Assembly: GCF_032116555.1 (NCBI RefSeq)
Contig: NZ_CP134949.1
Span: forward strand, 186,001-250,000
From: Halorarum halobium
Lineage (GTDB): Archaea; Halobacteriota; Halobacteria; Halobacteriales; Haloferacaceae
Length of the DNA stretch: 64,000 bases
Reading direction: 5' to 3'
Below the pieces are notes generated by a model, which saw nothing but the letters and a program-made list of their open reading frames with translations, was not told the DNA's origin and ran no database searches. The stretch's first letter is position 1. Each line of letters begins with the position of its first letter. Below are positions 45,480-54,909 of this stretch, piece by piece. The position numbers and the translations under genes were made by a program.

Positions 45480-46159
45480 CAGTGACCGCGACGCTCGACC
45501 GGCTGGCCGATCTGGAGCTCCGCCACCGGCACGGCTGGCTGCTGGGGCTCGTGGCGCTGGAACTGCTCTCGGCGGTCGCCTACTTCGGACTCACCTCGGC
45601 CCAGGTCACGAGCGTCAGGTACGTCGTCTACCCGTTCGTCTGGATCACGGTCGGCGTCTGGGCGGTCACGGCCGTCGACGTCTCCGCCGACGCGCCCCGG
45701 AGCCACCGCGTCGCCGCCGCCGTCCTCGCGGCCGCCTACTTCCTCGTGCTCGCGTGGCTCGCCGGCCTCGTCTCGGTGTACTCGCTCGGCCCCGGCCACA
45801 GCCACAGCCACCTCAACGGCCTCCAGGTCGCGATGGTCCAGCCCGGCTGGGGGCCGCGCGTCGCCTACGTCACGCACGTGTTCCACGTGTACTTCGTCCC
45901 GTACCGCGCCATCGGCTTCCTGGCGCTCGCGTACCTCGTGTACGCGACCGTCCTCGACGCGACGGGCGCGGCGCTCTCGGGGGCGCTCGGGCTGGTCGCC
46001 TGTGTCGGCTGCACGTTCCCCATCGTCGCCGGCCTCGCCGCGGGCGTCGTCGGCCCGGGCGTCGCGGCGGCGGTGACCGACTACTCGGTGGACCTCTCGA
46101 CCGCGGTGTTCCTCGCGGCCGTGGCCCTCCTCGTCGTCCGCCCGGGGTTCCGAACGTGA
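45476..46159 (+). CDS. Membrane protein with HSHSH and CVGC motifs
   Basis: GTGA overlap with the previous stop; YVVYPFVWI, GWGP, ACVGCTFP. Confidence 0.78.
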   Translation: MTVTATLDRLADLELRHRHGWLLGLVALELLSAVAYFGLTSAQVTSVRYVVYPFVWITVGVWAVTAVDVSADAPRSHRVAAAVLAAAYFLVLAWLAGLVSVYSLGPGHSHSHLNGLQVAMVQPGWGPRVAYVTHVFHVYFVPYRAIGFLALAYLVYATVLDATGAALSGALGLVACVGCTFPIVAGLAAGVVGPGVAAAVTDYSVDLSTAVFLAAVALLVVRPGFRT

Positions 46160-47568
46160 GCGGCTCCGACCGACCCGGCGACGGATCCGCCGAGCGTTCG
46201 CCGGCGAGTCCGACACGCCTCGCGGTCGTCGGTCTGTCCGCATTCCTCGCGCTCGCGTCCGTCCCGGTCGCCGGCGCGCACGTCGGCGGCCTGGGCGGGA
46301 CCATGGGGCCGGTCGCGGTGCCGACGTGGCTCGTCATCACCACCGGCGGCGGCGTGGTCGGCGCGTCGTTCCTCTTCACCAGCCTGCTCACCGACCGCGG
46401 GCCGATGCACGCCGTCGCCGGCTGGCGGGCCGACGCCGCCGCCCTCGCCCGCCCCGCAGCCCTCGCCCGCCGGGCGCTCCAGGTCGTCGGCGTCCTCGGC
46501 CTCGCGGCGACGCTCGTCTCGGGACTGGTGGGCCCCCTGACGCCGACGGCGAACCTCGCCGTCCTGCTCGTCTGGGGCGGCTGGTGGGCGGGCTTCACGA
46601 TGACGACCTACCTCGCGGGCGACTCGTGGCCCGCGGTGAACCCCTGGCGGACGCTCGCCGGCCTCCTCCCAGCTCTCGACCGCGAGTACCCCGAACGATG
46701 GGGGGCGTGGCCGAGCGTCGTCGGCCTGCTCGCGCTCGTCTGGGTCGAGGTCGTCAGCCCCGTCTCCGACGACCCGCGACTGCTGGTCGCGCTCGTCGTC
46801 GCCTACACCCTCCTCACGCTCGCCGGCGCGGCGACGTTCGGCCGGGACGTCTGGTTCGCCAACGTCGACCCCGTCGCCCGGGTGTTCCGATGGTACGGCC
46901 GCCTCGCGCCGATCCAGCGGACCGAGGACGGCCTCGAACTCGTGGTGCCCGGCGCGGGGCTGGTTCGGACGGTGCCCGAGCGCGAGGACGGCCCGGCGTT
47001 CGTCGTCGCGCTGCTCTGGGTGACGACGTTCGACGGCCTCGTCACGACGCCGCTCTGGGCCGCGGTCGCGGGGCCGCTCGTCGACGCTGGCGTCCCCTCG
47101 TGGCTGCTTTCGCTCGTCGCGCTCGCGGGCGGGTTCGTGCTGTTCTACGCCGCGCTCCTGCGGGCCTCGACGCTCGCCCGCGGGACGGCCGACAGCTACG
47201 TCACCGCCGAGTACGTCCGGCGCGCGCTCGCCCCGTCGCTGGTCCCCATCGCGGCGGGCTACCACCTCGCGCACTACCTGGGCTACTTCCTGGGGCTGGC
47301 GCCCGCGCTGGCGTTCGCAATCGCGAACCCGCTCGGCGGCATCACGGGGCCGACGCTGCTGCTCCCGGACTGGTTCGGGGCGCTCCGGCTCTCGTTCGTC
47401 GTCCTCGGCCACCTCGTCGCCGTGGCGGTCGCACACGTCGTCGTGTTCGAGGTGTTCCCGGGTCGACTCCAGCCGATCCGGAGCCAGTACCCCTTCATCG
47501 TCCTGATGATACTGTACACCATGACCAGCATGTGGATCCTCACACAGCCGTTCGTCCAACCGGTATGA
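46156..47568 (+). CDS. Large multi-pass membrane protein
   Basis: GTGA overlap; AHVGG, NPWRT, PIAAGYHLAHY, GHLVAVAVAH; ~11 TM. Confidence 0.8.
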   Translation: MSGSDRPGDGSAERSPASPTRLAVVGLSAFLALASVPVAGAHVGGLGGTMGPVAVPTWLVITTGGGVVGASFLFTSLLTDRGPMHAVAGWRADAAALARPAALARRALQVVGVLGLAATLVSGLVGPLTPTANLAVLLVWGGWWAGFTMTTYLAGDSWPAVNPWRTLAGLLPALDREYPERWGAWPSVVGLLALVWVEVVSPVSDDPRLLVALVVAYTLLTLAGAATFGRDVWFANVDPVARVFRWYGRLAPIQRTEDGLELVVPGAGLVRTVPEREDGPAFVVALLWVTTFDGLVTTPLWAAVAGPLVDAGVPSWLLSLVALAGGFVLFYAALLRASTLARGTADSYVTAEYVRRALAPSLVPIAAGYHLAHYLGYFLGLAPALAFAIANPLGGITGPTLLLPDWFGALRLSFVVLGHLVAVAVAHVVVFEVFPGRLQPIRSQYPFIVLMILYTMTSMWILTQPFVQPV

Positions 47569-47999
47569 CCGAGTCACACGACGCGGGCGGTCCAGGTGAC
47601 GACGTCGGCTCCCCGGTGAGCGACGCGGCGGGCGGGACGGCAGGCGGCGACGCGGAGACGCGCGGTCCGACGGGGACGCGGCACGGGGCCGGCGGCGTCC
47701 GCATCGACGACCCGGACTCCCGTCGCGCCGTCCCGACCAGCGTCCCGGACGGGGAGACGCCCGGCGCGCGGTGCCCCCACTGCGAGCGCCCGTTCCGGAC
47801 CGAACGGCTGCGCGACCTCCACGTCGGCGAGGTCCACGAGGAATCCAGCAGCGACGAGGAACGGGCGGCCCACGAGGACGCCGACGAGGCGGAACTCGAC
47901 GAACTGTTCTTCTATCACATCAAGGTCGTCGTCCTCATCGGCCTGCTGTTCTCGGCGTTCGTGCTCGGCTACACGGTCGTGCTCAGCGGCGCGGGCTAG
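47565..47999 (+). CDS. C2H2-type zinc finger protein with C-terminal TM
   Basis: CPHC...LHVGEVH, C-terminal hydrophobic helix; ATGA overlap. Confidence 0.8.
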   Translation: MTESHDAGGPGDDVGSPVSDAAGGTAGGDAETRGPTGTRHGAGGVRIDDPDSRRAVPTSVPDGETPGARCPHCERPFRTERLRDLHVGEVHEESSSDEERAAHEDADEAELDELFFYHIKVVVLIGLLFSAFVLGYTVVLSGAG

Positions 48000-48029
48000 C
48001 GGGCGCTGTGCTTCCTCGCGGAGGCGACG

Positions 48030-48178
48030 CGCGTGCCGTTCACGCGAGCGAGCGTGAACTCGCGGGGCCGCAGGTCCCGGGTAGTCGTGTCGGACGCGCG
48101 CGAGGGAGGGGAGCGACGGCGAGCGGAGCGAGCCGAGCGAACGAATCGGCTCGGGAGGGGCGTTCGAGGCTGCCGTCA
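48030..48178. repeat. Modular palindromic intergenic repeat, copy F (more diverged)
   Basis: GACGCGCGCGAGGGA and CGAATCGGCT.GGGAGGG shared with copy E; GTTCACGCGAGCGAGC is the reverse complement of a copy D block; ends TTCGAGGC. Confidence 0.6.
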
Positions 48179-48246
48179 CTGAACCCGAGGCGAGACGAGC
48201 CAGGTGAGTCGGAAGGTACTTCCCGCTCGCGGGGCGATTTCGGGCC

Positions 48247-48321
48247 ATGACTCAGTGTTCCGTGAGCGGTGAGTTCCGGACCCGCGAGAATCGGCGCGCG
48301 ACGACGGAGGTGGCCGCATGA
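48247..48321 (+). pseudogene. rplX: Internally deleted remnant of 50S ribosomal protein LX/L18Ae
   Basis: 24-aa ORF MTQCSVSGEFRTRENRRATTEVAA in the canonical rplX position, with ATGA overlap onto pfdA; ends resemble haloarchaeal LX termini. Confidence 0.6.
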
Positions 48322-48806
48322 GCCTCGGCGGCGGCGGCCAGGGCCAGCAGCAGCTCCAGCAGCTCTCCCAGGAACTGCAGGCGATCGACGAGGAGATCGA
48401 GGCGGTCGAGGCCGACATCGAGGAGGTCCGCCAGGAGCAGCGCGGCATCGACGAGGCCAAGGAGGCCATCGAGACGCTCGACACCGGCTCGACGGTGCAG
48501 GTGCCGCTCGGCGGCGGCGCGTACGTCCGCGCGGAGATCAGCGACATCGACGAGGTCGTCGTCTCGCTCGGCGGCGGCTACGCGGCCGAGCAGGAGGAGG
48601 ACGACGCGGCCGAGGCACTCGACCGCAAGCGCGACGCGCTCGACGACCGCATCGCCGAGCTCCAGACCGAGAAGGGCGAACTCGAGGCCGAGAGCCAGCA
48701 GCTCGAACAGCAGGCCCAGCAGATGCAACAGCAGATGCAGCAACAGCAGATGCAACAGATGCAGCAGACGACCGGCGAGGAGGGCGCGGACGACGGGGAC
48801 GAGTAG
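48318..48806 (+). CDS. pfdA: Prefoldin alpha subunit
   Basis: VQVPLGGGAYV, VVVSLGGGY, flanking coiled coils. Confidence 0.95.
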   Translation: MSLGGGGQGQQQLQQLSQELQAIDEEIEAVEADIEEVRQEQRGIDEAKEAIETLDTGSTVQVPLGGGAYVRAEISDIDEVVVSLGGGYAAEQEEDDAAEALDRKRDALDDRIAELQTEKGELEAESQQLEQQAQQMQQQMQQQQMQQMQQTTGEEGADDGDE

Positions 48807-48810
48807 GGCG

Positions 48811-49938
48811 ATGTTCGACGGCCTGAAGGACAAGCTCTCCTCGTTCCGCGAGGACGCGGCCGAGGAGGTCGAGGAGAAGGCCACCGAGGCGGAAGCCGAC
48901 GCGGACGCCTCGGACGCGGCGGCCGATGCTGAAGCGTCCGCCGGCGCCCGAGCGAACTCGACCGGCTCGGCGACGGCTGACGCCGACGCTCCGAGCGACG
49001 CCGAAGCCGCCGAATCGACAGACGAGGAGTCGGACGAGGGCGGCTCGTCGGCGAGCCGGTTCCAGCGCGCGGCGGCGTTCGCGACCGGGAAGGTCATCAT
49101 CGAGGAGGAGGACCTGGAGGAGCCCCTCCGGAACCTCGAGATGGCGCTGCTCGGCAGCGACGTGGAGATGAGCGTCGCCGAGGAGATCCTCGACACCGTG
49201 CGCGAGCGGATGCTCGGCGAGAGCCGCGCGCAGATCGAGACGACCGACCAGCTCGTCACGGAGGCGCTCCACGACGCGCTGCTGGAGGTCATCGCCGTCG
49301 GCCAGTTCGACTTCGAGGAGCGGATCGCCGCGGCCGAGAAACCCGTCACCATCGTGTTCACCGGCGTCAACGGCGTCGGCAAGACGACGACCATCGCGAA
49401 GCTCTCCGAGTGGCTCGAAGCCCGCGGCTACTCCTCGGTGCTGGCGAACGGCGACACGTACCGGGCCGGCGCGAACGAGCAGATCCGCGAGCACGCCGAG
49501 GCGCTCGACCGGAAGCTGATCGCCCACGACAAGGGCGGCGACCCGGCGGCGGTCATCTACGACGGCGTGGAGTACGCCGAGGCGAACGACGCCGACGTCG
49601 TGCTGGGCGACACGGCCGGCCGACTCCACACGAGCAACGACCTGATGGCGCAACTGGAGAAGATCGACCGCGTCGTCGACCCCGACCTGACGCTGTTCGT
49701 CGACGAGTCGGTCGCGGGCCAGGACGCGGTCCGGCGTGCCACCGAGTTCGACGACGCGGCCGAGATCGACGGCGTCGTGCTCTCGAAGGCCGACGCGGAC
49801 GCCTCGGGCGGAGCGGCCATCTCCATCGCGTACGTGACGGGCAAGCCGGTGCTGTTTCTCGGCACCGGCCAGGGGTACGACGACCTCGACCGGTTCGACC
49901 CGGAGGAACTGGTCGACGACCTCGTCGGCGGCGAGTAG
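48811..49938 (+). CDS. ftsY: Signal recognition particle receptor FtsY
   Basis: GVNGVGKTTTIAKL, DTYRAGA, DTAGR, GTGQ. Confidence 0.96.
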   Translation: MFDGLKDKLSSFREDAAEEVEEKATEAEADADASDAAADAEASAGARANSTGSATADADAPSDAEAAESTDEESDEGGSSASRFQRAAAFATGKVIIEEEDLEEPLRNLEMALLGSDVEMSVAEEILDTVRERMLGESRAQIETTDQLVTEALHDALLEVIAVGQFDFEERIAAAEKPVTIVFTGVNGVGKTTTIAKLSEWLEARGYSSVLANGDTYRAGANEQIREHAEALDRKLIAHDKGGDPAAVIYDGVEYAEANDADVVLGDTAGRLHTSNDLMAQLEKIDRVVDPDLTLFVDESVAGQDAVRRATEFDDAAEIDGVVLSKADADASGGAAISIAYVTGKPVLFLGTGQGYDDLDRFDPEELVDDLVGGE

Positions 49939-50077
49939 CCCACTTTTCGCTCGCCCGTCGCCGCTCGTCCGTCGCCGACCGTTCCATGACCGGCACAGCT
50001 ACCCGGCCGGCACCCGAGCGACACGACCCCACCCAACGCTTTATCCGGGATAGCGCACCACGTTCACCCGGGAACCC

Positions 50078-50893
50078 ATGCCGACCATCGACGAGAAGCG
50101 CGTCTACGACGCGAAGACGGGGACGACCCGGGCGCTCGTCGCCTCGCCCATCGGCGTCGTCGGCGTCGCGGTCTCGGACGACATCGTGGGCGAGTTCGGC
50201 ATCGACCACCGCTGTGCCGCGCGGGACCTGGCGGCGGCCGGCGACGCGCTCGCGGTCGCCACCGACGAGGACGTGCTGGTCGGCGAGTACGAACCGACCG
50301 ATCACGGCCCGGCGGCAGCGGTCGGGATCGACGGCGACGCGATGCTCGCTGGCGCGCCCGACGGAACCGTCTCTCGGCTCGCACGCGATGCGGACGAGTG
50401 GGTGGAACTCGGGACGGTCGCGGAGCCGAGACGGATGGCCGGCCCGCTCGTCGCGGCCGCCGACGGCGTCCACCGCGTCGCCGGCGGCGTAGTCGAGTAC
50501 GTCGGTCTGGAGGACGCCCGCGACGTGGCGACCGGCGGGACGCCGCTGGCGGCCACCGGGGAGGGCCTCTACACGCTCGGGAACGGCTGGATGCGGGACT
50601 TCGATGGCGCGTTCCGTTCGGTTTCGACCGACCCAGCGGGCGAGCGCGCGGTCGCGGCGACGGGCGCGTCCGTGGTCGAGCGGGTCGGGGACGGCGCCGA
50701 GTGGCGCAGCCACGAGGAGGCCGACGTCGTCGACCTCGCGGTCGACTCCGACCTGCTCGTCGGCGTCACCGGCGACGGCGAGCTGCGGGTGCGGTCGGGC
50801 GGTTCCGCGGACGACGGCGCCGTCGGCGACTGGCGCGGCCGCCACCTCGGCGTCCCCGACGCCTCGGCGGTCGTGCTTCCAGGTACGGAGTAG
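50078..50893 (+). CDS. Conserved haloarchaeal beta-propeller-like hypothetical protein
   Basis: TIDEKRVY, VSDDIVGEFG; repeated short beta strands; acidic. Confidence 0.75.
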   Translation: MPTIDEKRVYDAKTGTTRALVASPIGVVGVAVSDDIVGEFGIDHRCAARDLAAAGDALAVATDEDVLVGEYEPTDHGPAAAVGIDGDAMLAGAPDGTVSRLARDADEWVELGTVAEPRRMAGPLVAAADGVHRVAGGVVEYVGLEDARDVATGGTPLAATGEGLYTLGNGWMRDFDGAFRSVSTDPAGERAVAATGASVVERVGDGAEWRSHEEADVVDLAVDSDLLVGVTGDGELRVRSGGSADDGAVGDWRGRHLGVPDASAVVLPGTE

Positions 50894-50965
50894 GTTCGGG
50901 CTGGTTGCCGCGCGCGCCCCGCGGAGTAGGAACCGGTTTGTACCCGGGGACGGTTACTCCCGCGT

Positions 50966-51817
50966 ATGCTCGTACCCGGGTCCGCCTCGCAGTCGCTCGC
51001 GGCCGCGCTCGCCGCCGAGACGGGCCGATCGCTCGCCACGCCGGAGTACCGCGTCTTCCCCGACGGCGAGGCGTGCGCCTCGGTGCCCGAGTTCGCGGGC
51101 GAGGAGGCGGTCGTCGTCGCCGCCACCGTCTCGAACGACGCGCTCGTGGAACTGCTCCAGTTACAGGACGCGGTCCGGGAGGCCGGCGCGTCGTCGGTGA
51201 CGACGGTGCTCCCGTACATGGGCTACGCGCGGCAGGACCGTGCGTTCGAGGAGGGACAGCCTGTGTCGGCCCGCGCGGTCGCCCGCGCGGTGTCGACCGG
51301 GACGGATCGCGTCGTGCTGGTGAACCCGCACGAGGACGGCGTCGCCGACTTCTTCGCGGCCGAGACGACCGTGCTCGACGCCGCCCCGCGGCTGGCGACG
51401 CCGCTGCCCGACGACCTCGCGGACCCGCTCTTTCTCGCCCCCGACGAGAGCGCACGCGGCATCGCCGCGGAGACGCGGGACGCGTACGACCGGGGCGCGG
51501 TGGACTACTTCGAGAAGGAGCGCGACTACGACACCGGCGCGGTCACGATCCGGCCGAGCGACGCCGACGCGTCCGGCCGGGACGTGGTCGTCGTCGACGA
51601 CATCATCGCCACCGGGTCGACGATGAGCGAGGCCGTCGCGGCGCTCGTCAAGCGGGGTCCCGAACGCGTGTTCACTGCCTGCGTCCACCCGATGCTGGTC
51701 GGCAACGCGCGGACGAAACTGGCGACTGCGGGCGTCGAGCGCGTGTTCGGCACCGACACCGTCGAGCGCGAGGCGAGCGCCGTCTCGGTCGCGCCGGTCG
51801 TCGCCGACGCGCTCTGA
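50966..51817 (+). CDS. prs: Ribose-phosphate pyrophosphokinase
   Basis: FPDGE, PYMGYARQD, VVVDDIIATGST. Confidence 0.95.
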   Translation: MLVPGSASQSLAAALAAETGRSLATPEYRVFPDGEACASVPEFAGEEAVVVAATVSNDALVELLQLQDAVREAGASSVTTVLPYMGYARQDRAFEEGQPVSARAVARAVSTGTDRVVLVNPHEDGVADFFAAETTVLDAAPRLATPLPDDLADPLFLAPDESARGIAAETRDAYDRGAVDYFEKERDYDTGAVTIRPSDADASGRDVVVVDDIIATGSTMSEAVAALVKRGPERVFTACVHPMLVGNARTKLATAGVERVFGTDTVEREASAVSVAPVVADAL

Positions 51818-51856
51818 TCGGTTCCGGTTTCGTCTCCCAGTTCGTCCGGCGGCTAC

Positions 51857-52102
51857 TCAGTCCGCGAGGTACGCACGGGTCTTCGGGAGGAACGCCTCGT
51901 ACCCACAGAGGTAGAGCCCCCAGACGAGCGCGACGGCCGCGAGGACGAAATCGACCATGGCGTACTCGAGGTTACCCGCCGCGAAGGCGAGTTCGCCGGC
52001 GTGTTCGAAGTGGACGCCGAGTCCGGTCAGGCCGACGGTCCCGAGTGCGGTGACGAGCCACTCGGCGAACGCCCAGAGGGCGTCGAAGAGGTTGTCTCGC
52101 AT
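51857..52102 (-). CDS. Small membrane protein
   Basis: 81 aa, two hydrophobic helices. Confidence 0.65.
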   Translation of the reverse strand: MRDNLFDALWAFAEWLVTALGTVGLTGLGVHFEHAGELAFAAGNLEYAMVDFVLAAVALVWGLYLCGYEAFLPKTRAYLAD

Positions 52103-52197
52103 ACGCTTCCTCTCTCCAGGGTGGTTCTGGGTCTTTCGGTCCCGGCGGTCGCGTCCGGACCGAAAAGCACAGGGTCGCGTGCGGGCCACCGGGAGTC

Positions 52198-52425
52198 ATG
52201 GGCCGTTACGGCGACATCGACTACGCGCGACTGACGAAGGGCGGCGTCGGGCTCAGCCTCGTCGTGTTCGCGCTCGCGTTCCTCGTCCAGATGGGTGCAA
52301 GCGCAACCGGGACCGCGCTCCCCGGGTGGGAGACCACGCTGCTGACCGACCTTGAGTACCTGAGCATCCTCGGCGTCGTGATCTCCGTCTTCGTGTTCGG
52401 CATCTTCCTCCCCCTGACGGAGTGA
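52198..52425 (+). CDS. Small two-TM membrane protein
   Basis: MGRYGDIDY...FGIFLPLTE; coupled to udg (TGATG). Confidence 0.8.
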   Translation: MGRYGDIDYARLTKGGVGLSLVVFALAFLVQMGASATGTALPGWETTLLTDLEYLSILGVVISVFVFGIFLPLTE

Positions 52426-53090
52426 TGCCGTCCGCCCCCGGCGACGGCGGGGCGGGCCGTCGGGGTCGCGACTTCCCCGACCACCCCGATCCCGAGGACC
52501 GACTGGTTCTGGACCCCGACTGCGAGCGCTGTCCCGCGCTCGCCGACTCACGCACCTGCATCTCTTGGGGCAACGGTCCCCGCGACGCGGACGTCCTGGT
52601 CGTCGGCGAGGCACCCGGCGCGGGCGACCCCGACGCCGGAACCTGGAAGGGCGGGAACCACACGGGCTGTGCGTACACCTCGCGCCACTCCGGGCGGCGA
52701 ATCCGGACGCTGTTCGCCGACCTGGGCTACGCCGACCGGACGTTCTACACGAACGCGGCCAAGTGCTTCCCTGCGGGCGAGGACGGAAGCAACCGCGAGC
52801 CGACGGCCACGGAACTGGCGAACTGCCGGGGGCACCTCGAATCCGAACTCGCCGTCGTCGACCCCGCGATCGTCGTCGCGACCGGGAAACACGCCACCGA
52901 GACGCTGCTCGCGTTCGAGGGCCGGGCGCTCGACGGCTTCCTCGACTCGGTCTGTGACCCCGTCGACCTCCCGGGGCTCGACGTCACGCTGCTCCCCGTC
53001 CTCCACCCGAGTTATCAGGAGGTGTGGCTCTCGCGGCTCGGCCTGAGCGAGGCCGAATATCGCGAGCGAATCGCCGCCCGCCTCCCCTGA
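52425..53090 (+). CDS. udg: Uracil-DNA glycosylase (Fe-S family 4/5 type)
   Basis: CERC, VGEAPG, TNAAKCFP, HPS. Confidence 0.9.
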   Translation: MPSAPGDGGAGRRGRDFPDHPDPEDRLVLDPDCERCPALADSRTCISWGNGPRDADVLVVGEAPGAGDPDAGTWKGGNHTGCAYTSRHSGRRIRTLFADLGYADRTFYTNAAKCFPAGEDGSNREPTATELANCRGHLESELAVVDPAIVVATGKHATETLLAFEGRALDGFLDSVCDPVDLPGLDVTLLPVLHPSYQEVWLSRLGLSEAEYRERIAARLP

Positions 53091-53211
53091 TCGCTTTCGG
53101 CCGACCCGTTTCGCCCGCGATGATCCCGACCAGCCGACCGGAATCGCACGGCCGGATTCCCCCTGCGACGCGTCCGAATCCCCGGGAGCGACGACGGACC
53201 GGCAAACCGAC

Positions 53212-53508
53212 GGGTGGGAATGGAAGGGGCCGCGGTTCTCGGGGACGTTCACGAGACGCACGACGTCTCGTGAGCTCACGAGAGCGTTGCTCTCGTGAAC
53301 GGCGCGGACCGTCAAGCACCGTGGTTCGAGAGAGCGAAGCTCTCTCGTCAGTACGGGAAACCAACGGTTTCCCGTCAGCAGTCGGATTCCGCCGGAATCC
53401 GATGGCATCACGAAAATCTTCGATTTTCGAACGACAGCGAGCGAAGCGAGCGAGGAGCGCAGCGGCCGCACCGAGCCGAGAGCCGCGGGGGCGTCCGCGG
53501 TCATCACT
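53212..53508. repeat. Modular palindromic intergenic repeat, copy G (largest; six internal hairpins)
   Basis: Exact blocks shared with B (34 nt) and C (42 nt) and a near-exact block with A; hairpins at 53250, 53276, 53327, 53353, 53382 and 53411. Confidence 0.85.
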
Positions 53509-53599
53509 ACGTTACCCGAATCGAACCCCACCACCCCCATGCTCACATTCCATCAGAATCGCCCGTAGATTCAAGCGACTCACCGACCACACCCCACAC

Positions 53600-54019
53600 A
53601 TGAGCGAGGACTGCATCTTCTGTGCGATCATCGCGGGGGAGATCACCGGACGAACCGTCGCCGAGACCGACGACGCGCTCGCGTTCCTCGACGCGAACCC
53701 GCTCTCGCCGGGCCACACGCTCGTGGTCCCGAAGGCCCACCACACCAGAGTCGCGGACATGTCCGCCGCCGAGTCGCGCGCGGTGTTCGATCTCGTCCAC
53801 GAGCTCGCCCCGCGCATCGAGGAAGCCGTGGACGCCGACGCTCACACCATCGCCGTCAACGACGGCCCCGAGGCCGGCCAGGAGGTGCCCCACGCACACG
53901 TCCACGTCATCCCCCGGTTCGCGGACGACGACGGCGGCCCGATCCACGCCGTCGCGGGCAGCCCCCTGGAGCTCTCGGACGAGGAACTCGACGAGATTGC
54001 CGAATCAATTTCGACATAG
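53600..54019 (+). CDS. hit: HIT family hydrolase
   Basis: DCIFC, GHTLVVPK, GQEVPHAHVHVIPR. Confidence 0.94.
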   Translation: MSEDCIFCAIIAGEITGRTVAETDDALAFLDANPLSPGHTLVVPKAHHTRVADMSAAESRAVFDLVHELAPRIEEAVDADAHTIAVNDGPEAGQEVPHAHVHVIPRFADDDGGPIHAVAGSPLELSDEELDEIAESIST

Positions 54020-54061
54020 CACAACCGAAATTTTATCCCCGGAAGCGCGGTCAGAAGGAGT

Positions 54062-54829
54062 ATGACCCGAACCCTGGCGCTCGTCGGCGTCGCCGGCGGC
54101 GTCGGCACCACCAGAACCCTGGTCGAGAGCGCGGCGACGCTCGCCCGCGACGGACGCGACGTCGTGGTTCTCGATGCCGCCTACGCGACGCAGGGGCTCT
54201 CGGAGTTCCTCGGCGGGCGCATCGACCCCGACCTCACCGCGCTCTGTCTCTCGCCGGACCGACCGCTCGCGGACGGGCTCTACGACCTCGAACTCGGCCC
54301 CGGCGTCGACGACGCGCCGGGCCGCGTGGCGCTCGCGCCGGCGTTCGCCCCGTTCGAGCGCCTCGCCCGCGCGAAGACCACCGACGCCGCCGAGGCGTTC
54401 GAGGACCGCGTCGCCGAGGCCGCGACGGCGTTCGACCACGTGCTCGTCGACACGCCGCCGGTCGGCGCAAACCAGCACCTCGCTGCCGTGAACGCGGTCG
54501 ACCGGGTGGTGCTCGTCGCGCCCGGAACAGAACACGGCGCCGACGCCCGCCGCCGGATGGTGGATCGGCTCCGCGACGTCGGCACGACCCCCGCGATGAC
54601 GGTCGCCGTCGGCGGACCGCTTCCCGCCGCGTCCGCGACCGTTCCGGACCTCCCCGGAACGCCGGCGGAGGGCGTCCAGTGTCTCGATGACGACGCCCTG
54701 GGCGGCCGGATGATGACTGCCGTCGAGTCGCTGCTCGACACGTCGCTCGCCGTCGAGTTCGAGGACGACGGTGCGCTCGGGAAAGTGAAGGCGGGCGTCG
54801 AGGAGCTTCGGGGTCGCGCCGAGGACTGA
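54062..54829 (+). CDS. ParA/MinD-like protein with a degenerate Walker A
   Basis: VGVAGGVGTT, VVVLD, VLVDTPP. Confidence 0.8.
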   Translation: MTRTLALVGVAGGVGTTRTLVESAATLARDGRDVVVLDAAYATQGLSEFLGGRIDPDLTALCLSPDRPLADGLYDLELGPGVDDAPGRVALAPAFAPFERLARAKTTDAAEAFEDRVAEAATAFDHVLVDTPPVGANQHLAAVNAVDRVVLVAPGTEHGADARRRMVDRLRDVGTTPAMTVAVGGPLPAASATVPDLPGTPAEGVQCLDDDALGGRMMTAVESLLDTSLAVEFEDDGALGKVKAGVEELRGRAED

Positions 54830-54909
54830 GAACGGCACGGAACCCGGAACCGTCTCCGTCGTTCGAACCCCGGGCCTACCGTCGGACCGCTTACAGTGGA
54901 GGGCGGGCG

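Noticed and set aside
48700..48770. CAG/CAA/ATG repeats at the end of pfdA
   Set aside because: They encode the Gln/Met-rich tail usual for haloarchaeal prefoldin alpha
53250..53429. CRISPR array
   Set aside because: No identical direct repeats with unique spacers and no cas genes; reported instead as a hairpin array
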